Below are positions 8,246 through 18,137 of a stretch of DNA of 32,000 nucleotides, one piece after another. Both the position numbers and the translations under genes were made by a program. Numbering within the stretch: position 1 is the stretch's first letter; every line of letters starts with the position of its first letter. The notes under the pieces are model-generated. The model worked only from the letters and a program-made list of their open reading frames with translations, ran no database searches and was not told the origin of the DNA. Source of the DNA: an uncultured Opitutales bacterium (GTDB lineage Bacteria; Verrucomicrobiota; Verrucomicrobiia; Opitutales; Intestinicryptomonadaceae); assembly GCA_934613415.1 (NCBI GenBank), contig CAKTSY010000001.1, positions 510,001 to 542,000 on the forward strand. Reading direction: 5' to 3'.

Positions 8246-10009
8246 CTAATCGTTTCTTTCGCGGATTTTGCAAAGCGCAGCTACCAATATCTGCACGGCA
8301 ACAACCCCCAAAAATGCAAACCAGTTGCCGCTAAAAAAGCCGTAGCTATGCAGGCCAATTCCCAGCATATTAACGCCAAACCACGCCCAAACTACCGCAA
8401 CCGTAGTTAAGCTTGCCATTCCCAAAAACGCCCTGTTGCCCACAAGTGCAAACGACTTGCAGTGAACGCAAACAGCCAAATATAAAAGCAAAATCAATGC
8501 CCCGTTTTCCTTTGGGTCCCACCCCCAAAAACGCCCCCAACTAAAGTCTGCCCACACACCGCCTAGCATTGTGCCGGCAAACACAAAAAGCAAAGCCCAG
8601 CGCATAATTGCAGCAACTACGACAACGCACTTTGCCGTTTGCTCTTTAGAAGATTTTTTTAGCGAAACTGCATTGCCGATAAGCCTAAGCGACGCAATAG
8701 ACGCCGCCAACAACGCCGCGCAGTAGCCTAGCATAATTACAACAACGTGCACCGTTAGGTAAAAATTGGAATTTAGCACGGCGCGCATCTGCCCCATTGT
8801 GTCTCCGCTATATGGCAAATTTACAGCAACAAGCGAAGATATAGCCCCTATAATGCACCCTGCAAAAGCGTATATAGAATTTCTTTTTACGCACCAAAGA
8901 ACCATAGAAACAAGCGCGCAAACAGTACCCGTAAACACCGCCGAAGAATACAGGTTTGTAATGGGAGGCCTTAGCTGTATGTAGCAACGAATTGCCAAAG
9001 CAAAGCAGCAAAACAAAGTGGCCGTCATTGCAGTTGTTATAAAGGCAGTATAAAAAAATCCTTTTTTGCCGCCGCCTAACCTAGACAACAACCCGCATAT
9101 TGCAGCAGCGCAAAACAGCACAAAGGCTTTGTAAAATATGTCTAGTTTGTTTGCAAAATCTTCAAACCTAATTTTAAACGGGCTTTGGGCTAAAAACTGT
9201 TGTTTTAGTTTTGCGGCACTAGCAATGTTGCCCGCGTTTAAGGCCTCAAAATATTTGCAGTATGCCGAATTTATTTTTTTAGAAAGCGCGTCTGGGTTGC
9301 GCTCTAGCAGGAAATCAAAAGCTCCAACGGGGCGGTTTTCGGCATATAGCGGCTTAAACGAAAAATCTTTTTGCGAATTAAATATAGCCTGTTTTTCCCT
9401 TAACAACGCCAAAATTTTGCCGGCGTTGTATATTTTAGAGTCGTCAACTTTCCTGTTTTGCGTTCGCGCCTGCAAAATTTCGCGCTGCGAAGATGCAACT
9501 TCGTTTTGCCAATATGCAAAAAATTTAGACGGCGCAAACTCGGCATTGTCGGGCGAATATACAAAAGTTTCGCCAAGCGTTTCGAACGCCAAAACATTTT
9601 GGGCAAGATTTAAAAAGGCGGCGTTGTTTGCAAGTTTTTGCGCATTTTCCTTAAGTAAATTATAAGAGGCATAGCGGCTTTTTAAATTTAAGGCTTTTCG
9701 CAAATCCAAGTCGTCTATTCTAAAAACATTTGCATTGTATGCCTGCGGCAATTGGGCGTTTAGCATTAAAACATATTCTGTTGCCGAAACTTTTTTGCCG
9801 TCTACAACAACCGTGCTTTTGCCGCTTAACATACGCAATGCGTCGTTTGCGGCAGACGAAAGCGGCATATTTCTGCCCTCTTTTTGCACGCAAAACGCGC
9901 CCATATTCGAATACGCGGCATTCTCGCCAAAAATATAGTCGGCAATGTACGGGGAAAAGAGCCACACAAAGCACAAAAGCAAAACAAAAATGGAATCTAT
10001 CTTTTTCAT
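8246..10009 (-). CDS. ccsA: System II cytochrome c biogenesis protein CcsA/ResC with a long N-terminal periplasmic domain
   Basis: 587 aa. One N-terminal TM helix, about 270 soluble residues, then a polytopic domain with the WWD heme-handling motif 'WGRFWGWDPKENGAL' and a distal 'GLHSYG'. Confidence 0.8.
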   Translation of the reverse strand: MKKIDSIFVLLLCFVWLFSPYIADYIFGENAAYSNMGAFCVQKEGRNMPLSSAANDALRMLSGKSTVVVDGKKVSATEYVLMLNAQLPQAYNANVFRIDDLDLRKALNLKSRYASYNLLKENAQKLANNAAFLNLAQNVLAFETLGETFVYSPDNAEFAPSKFFAYWQNEVASSQREILQARTQNRKVDDSKIYNAGKILALLREKQAIFNSQKDFSFKPLYAENRPVGAFDFLLERNPDALSKKINSAYCKYFEALNAGNIASAAKLKQQFLAQSPFKIRFEDFANKLDIFYKAFVLFCAAAICGLLSRLGGGKKGFFYTAFITTAMTATLFCCFALAIRCYIQLRPPITNLYSSAVFTGTVCALVSMVLWCVKRNSIYAFAGCIIGAISSLVAVNLPYSGDTMGQMRAVLNSNFYLTVHVVVIMLGYCAALLAASIASLRLIGNAVSLKKSSKEQTAKCVVVVAAIMRWALLFVFAGTMLGGVWADFSWGRFWGWDPKENGALILLLYLAVCVHCKSFALVGNRAFLGMASLTTVAVVWAWFGVNMLGIGLHSYGFFSGNWFAFLGVVAVQILVAALCKIRERND

Positions 10010-10755
10010 TTTCGGGCGGCGAAAAGTTTTTGCGAATACATTATTAGCGACCCTAAAACTACAAGTATCAACGCCAAATAGGGCAATATTTTTACGGGGT
10101 TTTTAACCGCCAAAAGCACTGTTGTTTTGCCGTCGTTTAGGTGCCCGCTTTGGAAATATGTCCAAGCCCCATACTGCACCGGCGCATTCATCTTAACGGT
10201 TTTTACGTCTAAAACGCCGTCTTTTTCGAACGCCAAAGTGCTTGAATACTCCTTTGCTATATCGCTATTTTGCCAATTTTCCACCTCGAATTTTTTTAGC
10301 GTTATAGAGTATAAAAGATTTACCGTGCCTGTGGCTTTGCCGCTTTGCGAATACAAGGTCAGCTGGCTTGCAGTCTGGTTTTCGGCAAGGGTTAAATATG
10401 CCTGCTGCCGCCAAAAACACTGCAAAAAGCCCGATATTACCAAAAGCACCAACGAGGCGTGCACCATTGCAAACCCGAAGGCTTGCATCTTGCCATTTTT
10501 ATAGGTTATAAGGCTTGCCGACAAAACCGCAACAAAAAGCACCCCAACAAAAAAGCCGCCCAACAGGGGAATTTTGTAGGGGAAAAACGGCAAATCTACC
10601 GCGCAAAAGAAAGATTGTATATATTTTTCTACCGCGCCTTCAACGCCCAAGCGCGTTTGGTCTAGCGTAAGCACAAAAACCAAAAACGCCGAATACAACA
10701 TTAGGGCAACCGCCAACTTCGGCGACGTCAATATGGCGGCCGGCCTAATTTTCAT
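10006..10755 (-). CDS. ccsB: Compact ResB/CcsB-like cytochrome c biogenesis membrane protein
   Basis: 249 aa with four hydrophobic segments and a TM histidine ('FAMVHASLVLL'). It sits directly upstream of ccsA with a 4-nt ATGA overlap. The assignment rests on topology and context more than on sequence motifs. Confidence 0.6.
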   Translation of the reverse strand: MKIRPAAILTSPKLAVALMLYSAFLVFVLTLDQTRLGVEGAVEKYIQSFFCAVDLPFFPYKIPLLGGFFVGVLFVAVLSASLITYKNGKMQAFGFAMVHASLVLLVISGFLQCFWRQQAYLTLAENQTASQLTLYSQSGKATGTVNLLYSITLKKFEVENWQNSDIAKEYSSTLAFEKDGVLDVKTVKMNAPVQYGAWTYFQSGHLNDGKTTVLLAVKNPVKILPYLALILVVLGSLIMYSQKLFAARK

Positions 10756-10763
10756 AACAAGAA

Positions 10764-11867
10764 CTAGTTGTTGAACCTAAAGACAGCAACATCGCCGTCT
10801 TGAAAAACGTAGTCTTTGCCTTCAAGCCTGTATTTGCCCGCCTCTCTGGCGGCGGCAAACGAGCCGCATTCTATAAGGTCTTTTGCCGATATAACTTCGG
10901 CCTTTATAAAGCCCTTTTCAAAATCGGTGTGTATTACGCCCGCGCACTGGGGGGCTGTCATTCCCTTAACAAATGTCCAAGCCTTGGCCTCTTTTTCGCC
11001 GGCGGTAAAATAGCTTGCCAAACCCAAAAGCGAATATGTTGCCCTAATTAGCTCCGAAACGCCGCTGTCTTTTGCGCCCATTTCCTGAATGTAGCTTTTT
11101 GCCTCTTCTTTCGACAATTCCGAAAGCTCTTCTTCAAGCTTTGCGCAAATTACGCAGGTAGAGGCGTTGTGTTCGGTTTTGGCAAATTGCCTTACCTTTT
11201 CTACATAGGCGTTCTGCGAAGGATCGGCAATGTCGGTGTCGGCAACGTTGCAGGCATATATAACGGGCTTTGCCGTAAGCAAAAAATAGCCTTTCATACG
11301 CTCTTTGTCGTCGTCGCTACAATCTAAAGTGCTGGCCGGCTTAAGAGAATTTAGGTGGTCTACCAAACGCTTTAGCAAATCCACATTCTTTATGGCTTCC
11401 TTGTCCATACCCTTTGCCTTGCGGATATTGTTTTCAAGCTGTTTTTCGCAGCTTTGCAAGTCGGCAAGAGCAAGCTCGGTAGAAATAATTTCAATGTCTC
11501 TTACGGGATCTACAGAACCTACCGAATGCAGAATATCATCGTCGTCGAAGCAGCGCACAACTTGAACAATTGCGTCTACTTCGCGTATGTTTGCCAAAAA
11601 CTTGTTGCCCAAGCCCTCGCCTTTAGAAGCTCCCGCAACCAAACCTGCAATATCTACAAACTCTACCGCCGCGGGAACTATTACCGAAGTTTTTGCGATT
11701 TTCGCCAAAGGCGCAAGTCTGGAATCCGGAACTTCAACAACGCCAACGTTTGGCTCGATTGTGCAGAAGGGATAATTTGCGGCCTCGGCTTTTCTAGAGC
11801 GTGTTAGCGCGTTAAACAAAGTGCTTTTGCCGACATTCGGCAAACCTACTATACCTGCTTTTAACAT
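10764..11867 (-). CDS. ychF: Ribosome-binding (redox-regulated) ATPase YchF
   Basis: Contains '[18 protein letters not shown]', '[10 protein letters not shown]', 'DIAGLV.GAS.GEGLGN.FL' and the C-terminal TGS domain 'AWT...G.TAPQ.AG.IH.DFE.GFI.AEV'. Confidence 0.93.
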   Translation of the reverse strand: MLKAGIVGLPNVGKSTLFNALTRSRKAEAANYPFCTIEPNVGVVEVPDSRLAPLAKIAKTSVIVPAAVEFVDIAGLVAGASKGEGLGNKFLANIREVDAIVQVVRCFDDDDILHSVGSVDPVRDIEIISTELALADLQSCEKQLENNIRKAKGMDKEAIKNVDLLKRLVDHLNSLKPASTLDCSDDDKERMKGYFLLTAKPVIYACNVADTDIADPSQNAYVEKVRQFAKTEHNASTCVICAKLEEELSELSKEEAKSYIQEMGAKDSGVSELIRATYSLLGLASYFTAGEKEAKAWTFVKGMTAPQCAGVIHTDFEKGFIKAEVISAKDLIECGSFAAAREAGKYRLEGKDYVFQDGDVAVFRFNN

Positions 11868-11879
11868 TTTGCAAAAATA

Positions 11880-13076
11880 TTAGTCTCTCGGCCCGTACTC
11901 TATGCGTTTAGAGCCAAGTTTTATTGTTAGATGGTTTTTGCCGTCGGCGCGCTGCGTCTTTTCGGTGTAGCCCACTTTTTGGGCGGCAATTTTAAAGCTT
12001 TTTGCTATGGCAATAACTTTGTCTACGTCTTTTTCGGCGCAGTAAACTTCCATTCTGTGCCCCATATTGTAGACTTCGTACATTTCCTTTAGCGTGGTTT
12101 TGCTGGCGTCTTGAATTGCCTTGAAAACCGCGGGGGGTTCAAAAAGGTTGTCTTTTACAAAGTGCACCCCTTTGCCGAAGCGCAGGCATTTTGTCTGCCC
12201 GCCGCCCGAACAGTGAACAAGCCCTTTAATTAGGTTCTTGTGCTTTTTTGCAAGCTTTGCAATTACGGGGGCATATGTTCTTGTGGGCGACAATATCGCC
12301 TCGGCTACCGTCATATTAGAATCGGACAGCTTGTCGGCAAACTTGTAGGGCCCGCAATATACGAATTTTTTGTCGATGTTTTTGTCGAAAGTTTCGGGAT
12401 ATTTTTTTGCATAGTATTTGCAAAGCATATCGTGGCGCGCGCTGGTAAGCCCGTTCGAGCCTATGCCGCTGTTTTCGAAAGTTTCGTAAGATGCCTTGCC
12501 GAACGATGCCAAACCTACAATTGCCAAACCGGGCTTAATTGCATCGCCGCTAATTACCGACTTTTTGTCCATAACGGCAACCGCGCACGAGTCTACCGCA
12601 ACCGTGCCCGTTATGTCGCCAGTATCGGCGGTTTCGCCGCCGCCGCCGTAGATTTTCACGCCGTATTTTCTAAGCGTTGCCAAAAATTCCTCCGCGCCGT
12701 TAATAAGGGCTGCAAGGGCTTTGCCGTCTATATTTTTGGCGTTTCTGTTTAGGGTGTTCGACAACAAAATCCTGTCGTATACACCAATGCAAAGCAAGTC
12801 GTCTATGTTCATTACAATAGAGTCTTGCGAAATGCCCTTAAATACCGAAGCGTCGCCCGTTTCTTTATAATACAAATAGGCGATAATAGATTTTGTTCCG
12901 CTGCCGTCCGAGTGTATAACATTGCACTTTTTGCGCGAGCCGGTAAGGTAGTCTTCGGTAATCTTGCAAAATGCCGAGGGGAATATTCCCCTGTCTAGCT
13001 TGTCTACAGCCGAGTGTACCTCTTCCTTGCCTGCCGAAACGCCTCGTTGTGCGTATCTTCCCTTGTTGTTAGCCAT
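11880..13076 (-). CDS. purM: Phosphoribosylformylglycinamidine cyclo-ligase (long, Bacteroidota-type AIR synthase)
   Basis: '[18 protein letters not shown]...FCKI..DYLTG......HSDGSGTKS' matches the N-terminus of the long PurM form. The ORF-track start at 13097 is a TTG. The ATG at 13076 (MANNKG...) fits the family N-terminus and reduces the overlap with thrH to 8 nt. Confidence 0.8.
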   Translation of the reverse strand: MANNKGRYAQRGVSAGKEEVHSAVDKLDRGIFPSAFCKITEDYLTGSRKKCNVIHSDGSGTKSIIAYLYYKETGDASVFKGISQDSIVMNIDDLLCIGVYDRILLSNTLNRNAKNIDGKALAALINGAEEFLATLRKYGVKIYGGGGETADTGDITGTVAVDSCAVAVMDKKSVISGDAIKPGLAIVGLASFGKASYETFENSGIGSNGLTSARHDMLCKYYAKKYPETFDKNIDKKFVYCGPYKFADKLSDSNMTVAEAILSPTRTYAPVIAKLAKKHKNLIKGLVHCSGGGQTKCLRFGKGVHFVKDNLFEPPAVFKAIQDASKTTLKEMYEVYNMGHRMEVYCAEKDVDKVIAIAKSFKIAAQKVGYTEKTQRADGKNHLTIKLGSKRIEYGPRD

Positions 13077-13680
13077 AAATTTTTTCCAATTCTTCAAATT
13101 TTTGTTTTAGTTGTGCGTAGTTTTCGGCTACGGGTAAATCAGAATTTTCGGCGGCGAATTTTGCCGTGGGTTTATATAAAACCGCGCTGTTTGCCGCCCT
13201 TAGCATAGACAAGTCGTTGTAGGAATCGCCCGAAGCTATAACATTAAAGTTTAGCGAGCGGAAAGCCTCTACCGACTTGCGTTTTTGGTCTGCCATACGC
13301 AGCTTATAACCCGATATTCTGCCGCACTTTTCCACCACAAGTGAGTGGCAAAACAGTGTAGGGTAGCCCAAGTGCTTCATAATGGGGTTTGCAAACTGCT
13401 CGAAAGTGTCCGACAAAATCACAACACGGCCTTTGCTTTTAAGCCAGTCTAAAAACTCTTTTGCGCCTTCAAGCGGCTCTATTTTCGACAGCACCTTTTC
13501 TATGTCGGGCATTTTAAGGTTGTGCTTGTCGAGAATATCTAGCCTATAGCGCATAAGCTTGTCGTAGTCGGGCTCGTCGCGCGTGGTGCGTTCAAGCTCC
13601 GCAATGCCAACCGACTTTGCAAAGCGTATCCAAATTTCGGGAATTAAAACCCCCTCTAAGTCTAGGGTAAAAATATTCAT
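13069..13680 (-). CDS. thrH: Phosphoserine phosphatase / homoserine phosphotransferase ThrH (HAD superfamily)
   Basis: 203 aa. '[15 protein letters not shown]...G...L..TTRD.PDYD.LM..RL.IL', 'VVILSDTF.....P.M..LG.PTL.CH' and 'AAGDSYND..ML' parallel Pseudomonas ThrH almost position for position. Confidence 0.8.
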   Translation of the reverse strand: MNIFTLDLEGVLIPEIWIRFAKSVGIAELERTTRDEPDYDKLMRYRLDILDKHNLKMPDIEKVLSKIEPLEGAKEFLDWLKSKGRVVILSDTFEQFANPIMKHLGYPTLFCHSLVVEKCGRISGYKLRMADQKRKSVEAFRSLNFNVIASGDSYNDLSMLRAANSAVLYKPTAKFAAENSDLPVAENYAQLKQKFEELEKIYG

Positions 13681-14880
13681 TTATCGCGTGGGGTAAAAGT
13701 AGCTTGCTTCGCAGCAGTTGCCTATAGATTTCGAATGCAGCAAAGTTTGCTTGCCCCTTTCGGAATCTACAATCCACAACGAGCGTTTGCCGCCCTTTTC
13801 CTTTGTAAATATTATGTGGCGGCCGTCGGCAAGCCACTTGGGCTGCGAGCATCTTTCAGAGCCGGAAGTTATAAACTTGCTTTTGCGTTCTTTTGCGTCG
13901 TATACGGCAACCTGAAAGCCCCTTGCAACGGCGGCTGTAAACACTATTTTAGACGGGTCTACAGGGTTAAACGAAGGTTCCGAGCAATAGCCGCTTATGT
14001 TTGTGGGTACTCTTACAAACTTGCCGCCGTTTACCGACATTTTGTAGATTTGCGGGCCACCGCGCGCATCGGAGGCAAACACCAAAGTTTTGCCGTCGGG
14101 CGACCAGTTTGGCGAAGATTCTACCGCCTGAGTTTTTGTAAGCCTTTTTACATTGCGGCCGTTAGAGTCTGCAAGCCAGATTTCGGCATTGCCGCTTGTA
14201 GTTAAAATCATTGCAACCTTGCTGCCGTCGGGGCTTGGGGCACCGCCTGCATTTGCGCCTCTGTACTGGGCAAAGGGCCTTCTGGTTCCCTTGCTTAAAT
14301 CAAGCTCGTACAAGTCCATAAAGCCCGACCTATAGTAGCCAGAATACAAAATTTTTGTGCCGTCTGCACTCCAAAGGGGGAATATAGATTCCGACTTGTC
14401 GTTTGTAAGTTGGCGCACCCTGTTAAAGAACAAGTCGCCCGCGTAGATTTCCTTATGCGAAGTTTTGTCGCTTGCAAAGGTTATTTTGCCGGCAAAGTAG
14501 CCGTTGCCGCCAAGGGTTTTAACAACCGCCAAGTCGCAGGCGCGCATAAGGGCGTTAAAAGTGCTGTCGCCGTAAACGATTTGTTCGAATGTGCCACCGC
14601 CTTTAATGGAAAGCTTTACGGCATTTACGCCAACGCTTGTAAAGTGAAACACAAACTGCGAGGATTTTTCCTGCACAATGTTGTAGCTGCCGTGGCTGGA
14701 AAATGCGCGCGTTGCCGCCGCCTTAAGTTCGGGCGTGTCTGCCGAAACGGCAATGTTGTATACGGGAACTTTGCTAAGCCCCTTGTCGATAGAAACTACG
14801 CCGCCTGAAATGCCCTGCGCATTTGCATTACCGCAAAAAAGCGCAAGAACCGAAAACAAAATTAAAAAAGCTCTCATCAT
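13681..14880 (-). CDS. tolB: TolB-like periplasmic beta-propeller protein
   Basis: Signal peptide 'MMRAFLILFSVLALFCGNANA', an N-terminal alpha/beta domain, then repeated PD40 blades ('PLWSADGTKILY', 'PSPDGSKVAM', 'PNWSPDGKTLVFASDR-like', 'PKWLADGRHIIF'). Confidence 0.75.
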   Translation of the reverse strand: MMRAFLILFSVLALFCGNANAQGISGGVVSIDKGLSKVPVYNIAVSADTPELKAAATRAFSSHGSYNIVQEKSSQFVFHFTSVGVNAVKLSIKGGGTFEQIVYGDSTFNALMRACDLAVVKTLGGNGYFAGKITFASDKTSHKEIYAGDLFFNRVRQLTNDKSESIFPLWSADGTKILYSGYYRSGFMDLYELDLSKGTRRPFAQYRGANAGGAPSPDGSKVAMILTTSGNAEIWLADSNGRNVKRLTKTQAVESSPNWSPDGKTLVFASDARGGPQIYKMSVNGGKFVRVPTNISGYCSEPSFNPVDPSKIVFTAAVARGFQVAVYDAKERKSKFITSGSERCSQPKWLADGRHIIFTKEKGGKRSLWIVDSERGKQTLLHSKSIGNCCEASYFYPTR

Positions 14881-14935
14881 ATTTGAAACTATTCAGGTTT
14901 TATACTCCTACAAAAATCGGCTTATTTCAACACTT

Positions 14936-15799
14936 TTATTCCACATTTTGAACCTGTTCGCGTATGCGTTCCAGTTCGTTTTTAAAATCTACTGCAATTT
15001 TTACGCATTCTAGCTTTGCCGCCTTGCTCGAAAGAGTGTTTATTTCCCTAAAAAGCTCCTGACACAAAAAGTCTAGTTTTCGCCCCACAATTTCGTCGGT
15101 GTCTAAAAGCGACTTAAATTGGTTTATGTGGCTTAAAATTCGGGTAAGCTCTTCGGAAATATCGGTTTTGTCGGCATAAAGCACAATTTCGCGCATAACG
15201 GCGGGGTCTTTTTCGTCTACACCAAGCTTTAGCGAATTTAGTTTTTCCAAAATCTGCGCTGTGCGAAGCTGCACGCAGTCTTTTGCCAAATTCGCCAATT
15301 CGCTTTGCATACTCAATAGCTTTTCAAGCCTTTTAATAAAATCGCTTCTTAAGGCAAGCCCCTCTTTTTCGCGCATATCGTTAAAGTCTTTAAAAGCCAT
15401 TTTTATGTGGGGCAAAAGTTTTTTAAAAACCTCTTCGGCATCAAGATTTTGCATGGTTTTGCACTTTTCGCTTAAAGTCAAAACCGTTTGCGAATCTATA
15501 TTGCAAAGTATGCTGTTTTTTCTGCAAAGCTCTTTAAATGCCGAAAGCGTTTGCGCAAAGGCATTTTCGTTAAAAACTTCGGCTGTGTTTTGCACTTTTT
15601 GCACGCAAACATACACCCTGCCGCGCGACGAATTTTCCTTTGCCAAAGCCGCAATTTTAGGCTCTAACACCGCCAACTCCCTAGGCAAAGACGAGGCAAA
15701 TTCAAAACCCTTTCGGTTTATGCCCGAAACCGATATTTCGTATTTTTCCGCGTCTATTTCGGCGTTCGCGCCGCCGAAGCCCGTCATACTCTTTATCAT
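14936..15799 (-). CDS. yicC: YicC/YloC family stress-induced protein (endoribonuclease)
   Basis: The N-terminus 'MIKSMTGFG' and the C-terminal 'GRKLDFLCQELFREINTLSSKA....I....K.ELE.IREQVQN.E' are hallmark YicC N- and C-domains. Confidence 0.88.
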   Translation of the reverse strand: MIKSMTGFGGANAEIDAEKYEISVSGINRKGFEFASSLPRELAVLEPKIAALAKENSSRGRVYVCVQKVQNTAEVFNENAFAQTLSAFKELCRKNSILCNIDSQTVLTLSEKCKTMQNLDAEEVFKKLLPHIKMAFKDFNDMREKEGLALRSDFIKRLEKLLSMQSELANLAKDCVQLRTAQILEKLNSLKLGVDEKDPAVMREIVLYADKTDISEELTRILSHINQFKSLLDTDEIVGRKLDFLCQELFREINTLSSKAAKLECVKIAVDFKNELERIREQVQNVE

Positions 15800-16674
15800 A
15801 ATCTAACCTGCCAATCTTCCCAAGCGTAGCGTTTAAGCAGTTCCATAGACCTTTTTAAGGCCATTTTCTCAAAAATTTGCACAAGCTTTTCAAAGTCGGG
15901 CTTGCTGTTTTCAAGCGAGCCAATGTCGTAGTCGCACTTAAGGCGTATAAGCTGGGTGTTTGCCCTAAGCAAGTCCGCCTTTTCGGCTATTTGCGCCCTG
16001 AATTTTTCGGGCTTAATCCAGTCGGCACGCTTTATTATGTTTTCTACCGAGCCGAAATCCTTAATCCACTTTGCGGCGGTTTTCGGGCCAACTCCCGCAA
16101 GGCCTTCAATATTGTCGGCATTGTCGCCCATAAGCGAAAGGTAGTCTACCATTTCCGCGGGAGAAACTCCAAACTTTGCGCGAACTGCAACAATGTCTAG
16201 CTGCCGCCAGCCGTCGGAAGATTTTACGGGAGGCAAAAGCTGGTATACTTTTGGGGCAACCAACTGGGCAAAATCTTTGTCGGAACTTAGAATATATATT
16301 TCTTCGGCGTCGTCTTTTACCTTTTGCACCGCGCTGCCCAAAAGGTCGTCGCCTTCAATGCCCTCGCGCTCTACAACCGCAAAGCCCATTGCGGCGCATA
16401 TCTCTTTTATATAGGGCATTTGCAAGCGCATATCGTCGGGCATAGACGAGCGGTTTGCCTTATATTCAGAGCGTATTTCGGTGTGTCTTTTCGAGCGTCC
16501 CTTGTCGAAAAATATTGCCGTATCGTGCGGGCAGTGCATGGATGCAAACCCGAAAATTGCCGCCGAAAACGCATGCAAAGCCCCCGTGGGAAACGAATCT
16601 TTGTTCCGCAAATCGGGCAAGGCGTAAAAGCTTCTAAAACTTAAATTGTGTCCGTCTATAAAAAAATATTTCAC
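15796..16674 (-). CDS. Stand-alone 5'-3' exonuclease / flap endonuclease (Pol I N-terminal domain homologue)
   Basis: Contains 'YFFIDGHNLSFRSFYA', 'R...YKANR', 'EGIEGDDLLGS', 'ILSSDKDF.QL' and the H3TH motif 'GD.ADNI.G..GVGPKTA.KW'. The ORF stays open back to a GTG at 16848. The GTG at 16674 (MKYFFIDG...) fits the family N-terminus and leaves a realistic divergent intergenic region. The stop overlaps the yicC start (ATGA). Confidence 0.78.
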   Translation of the reverse strand: MKYFFIDGHNLSFRSFYALPDLRNKDSFPTGALHAFSAAIFGFASMHCPHDTAIFFDKGRSKRHTEIRSEYKANRSSMPDDMRLQMPYIKEICAAMGFAVVEREGIEGDDLLGSAVQKVKDDAEEIYILSSDKDFAQLVAPKVYQLLPPVKSSDGWRQLDIVAVRAKFGVSPAEMVDYLSLMGDNADNIEGLAGVGPKTAAKWIKDFGSVENIIKRADWIKPEKFRAQIAEKADLLRANTQLIRLKCDYDIGSLENSKPDFEKLVQIFEKMALKRSMELLKRYAWEDWQVRL

Positions 16675-16874
16675 AAGCAATAAACACAACAAAGCGGGCT
16701 TTTTGTCAAACCGATATTCGCCGCGGCAAAACGCGCAGCGCACTTTGCCGATGTTTTTGCAAAACCCTTGCGCCGCGCGCAGCGCCCTAAAAACTTGACA
16801 AGCTATGTTTGCAACGGCATTGTAGCCCGAGAATTTGCAGCTAAACACACCCCAGCGGTTTAAAAATTTTTTTT

Positions 16875-18050
16875 ATGGAAAACAGTTTTAAAAATTGGCC
16901 CTACTTTGAGCAAGACGCCATAGATTCGGTTTGCAACGTTTTGCGCTCGGGCAAAGTAAATAGGTGGACAGGCTCTTTAAACACGCAGTTTGAATCTAAA
17001 ATTTGCGAAAGCGTAAAGTGCAAATATGCCATTGCCGTGGCAAACGGCTCGCTTGCACTAGAGCTTGCATTTAGGGCAATAGGCATAAAGGCAAACGACG
17101 AAGTTATTGTGCCTTGCAGAACCTTCATTGCATCGGCATCGGCGGCGGCGGTTTTGGGGGCAAAAATTTCGGTTGTAGATATAGACATTAACACGCAAAA
17201 CATTTTGCCCGAAGCCGCAGAAAACGCCGTAAACGAAAACACCAAAGCCATAGTTGCCGTGCATTTGGCGGGTATGCCGTGCGATATGGACAAAATTTGC
17301 GCAATAGCCAAAAAGCACAATTTATATGTTATAGAAGACTGCGCGCAGGCGCACGGGGCAATATACAAAGGCAAACCCGTCGGCTCTATGGGCGATATTG
17401 CAGCCTTTAGCTATTGTCAGGACAAAATTATAACAACGGGCGGCGAAGGCGGAGCCGTTACCACCAACAACGAAAATTTGTGGCGCAAAATGTGGGAATA
17501 CAAAGACCACGGCAAAAGCTATGGCGAAGTTTTTAGCCCAGCGCAAAAAAAGGGCTTTAGGTGGCTTGCAGAAAGCTTCGGCACGAATTTTAGAATGACC
17601 GAAATGCAGGCTGCCCTCGGCATATACGGCTACAAGAATTTAGAAAATTGGGTAAAAATACGCAACCAAAACGCAAGCATATACAATTCGGTTTTGTCCA
17701 AATTCGATTGCATTAGGCTGGAAAATATACCCGAAAACACAAGGCACGCAAAATATAAGCACTACTGTTTTGTAGAGCCCAGCCGGCTAAAAAACGGATG
17801 GTCGCGCGACAGAATTATAGACGAAATTTCGAAAAGTGGAATTCCCTGCCATTCGGGAGCATGCCCGAACATTTCGGCGGAAAAATGCTTTGTAAAAAAA
17901 GGCTGGAACAAAGGCGAAAGCGAGCTAAAAAACGCCTACAAGCTTGGGCAAACTTCGCTAATGTTTTTGGTGCACCCGACGATAAAACAGTGCGATTTGT
18001 ATCGGGCGGCAAAGGTTATAGAAAGAGTGCTTAAAACGGCGCAAAAATAG
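16875..18050 (+). CDS. DegT/DnrJ/EryC1/StrS family PLP-dependent sugar aminotransferase
   Basis: 391 aa. Contains 'VANGSLALELA', 'DEVIVP..TFIAS', 'V.IEDCAQAHGA.Y.GK..G..GD.AAFS....K....GEGG' (Lys in 'CQDKII') and 'N.RMTE.QAA.G'. Confidence 0.87.
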   Translation: MENSFKNWPYFEQDAIDSVCNVLRSGKVNRWTGSLNTQFESKICESVKCKYAIAVANGSLALELAFRAIGIKANDEVIVPCRTFIASASAAAVLGAKISVVDIDINTQNILPEAAENAVNENTKAIVAVHLAGMPCDMDKICAIAKKHNLYVIEDCAQAHGAIYKGKPVGSMGDIAAFSYCQDKIITTGGEGGAVTTNNENLWRKMWEYKDHGKSYGEVFSPAQKKGFRWLAESFGTNFRMTEMQAALGIYGYKNLENWVKIRNQNASIYNSVLSKFDCIRLENIPENTRHAKYKHYCFVEPSRLKNGWSRDRIIDEISKSGIPCHSGACPNISAEKCFVKKGWNKGESELKNAYKLGQTSLMFLVHPTIKQCDLYRAAKVIERVLKTAQK

Positions 18051-18065
18051 CCTGGGCAAGCGCAC

Positions 18066-18105
18066 AAAAAAGGCCCAAAAACATATAAAATTTCGGGGCC
18101 TTTTT
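18066..18105. terminator. Candidate bidirectional intrinsic terminator between convergent genes
   Basis: AAAAAAGGCCC (18066-18076) pairs with GGGCCTTTTT (18096-18105). This gives a GC stem flanked by an A-run and a T-run, so a U-tract follows the hairpin on either strand. The loop is rather long. Confidence 0.4.
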
Positions 18106-18137
18106 GTATCTAAAAACTTTGCCTAATTTGCAAAAAA

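Noticed and set aside
16675-16848. N-terminal extension of the 5'-3' exonuclease. Similar track-ORF extensions exist for the flavodiiron protein (to 19382), rubredoxin (to 19685), the secreted protein (from 20002), mraZ (from 25298), thiD (from 5570) and purM (to 13097).
   Set aside because: The extensions begin at GTG or TTG codons, or run through terminators and promoters. The 20002 start lies inside the rpmG terminator. They add sequence with no counterpart in the respective families. Internal ATG or GTG starts reproduce the canonical N-termini.
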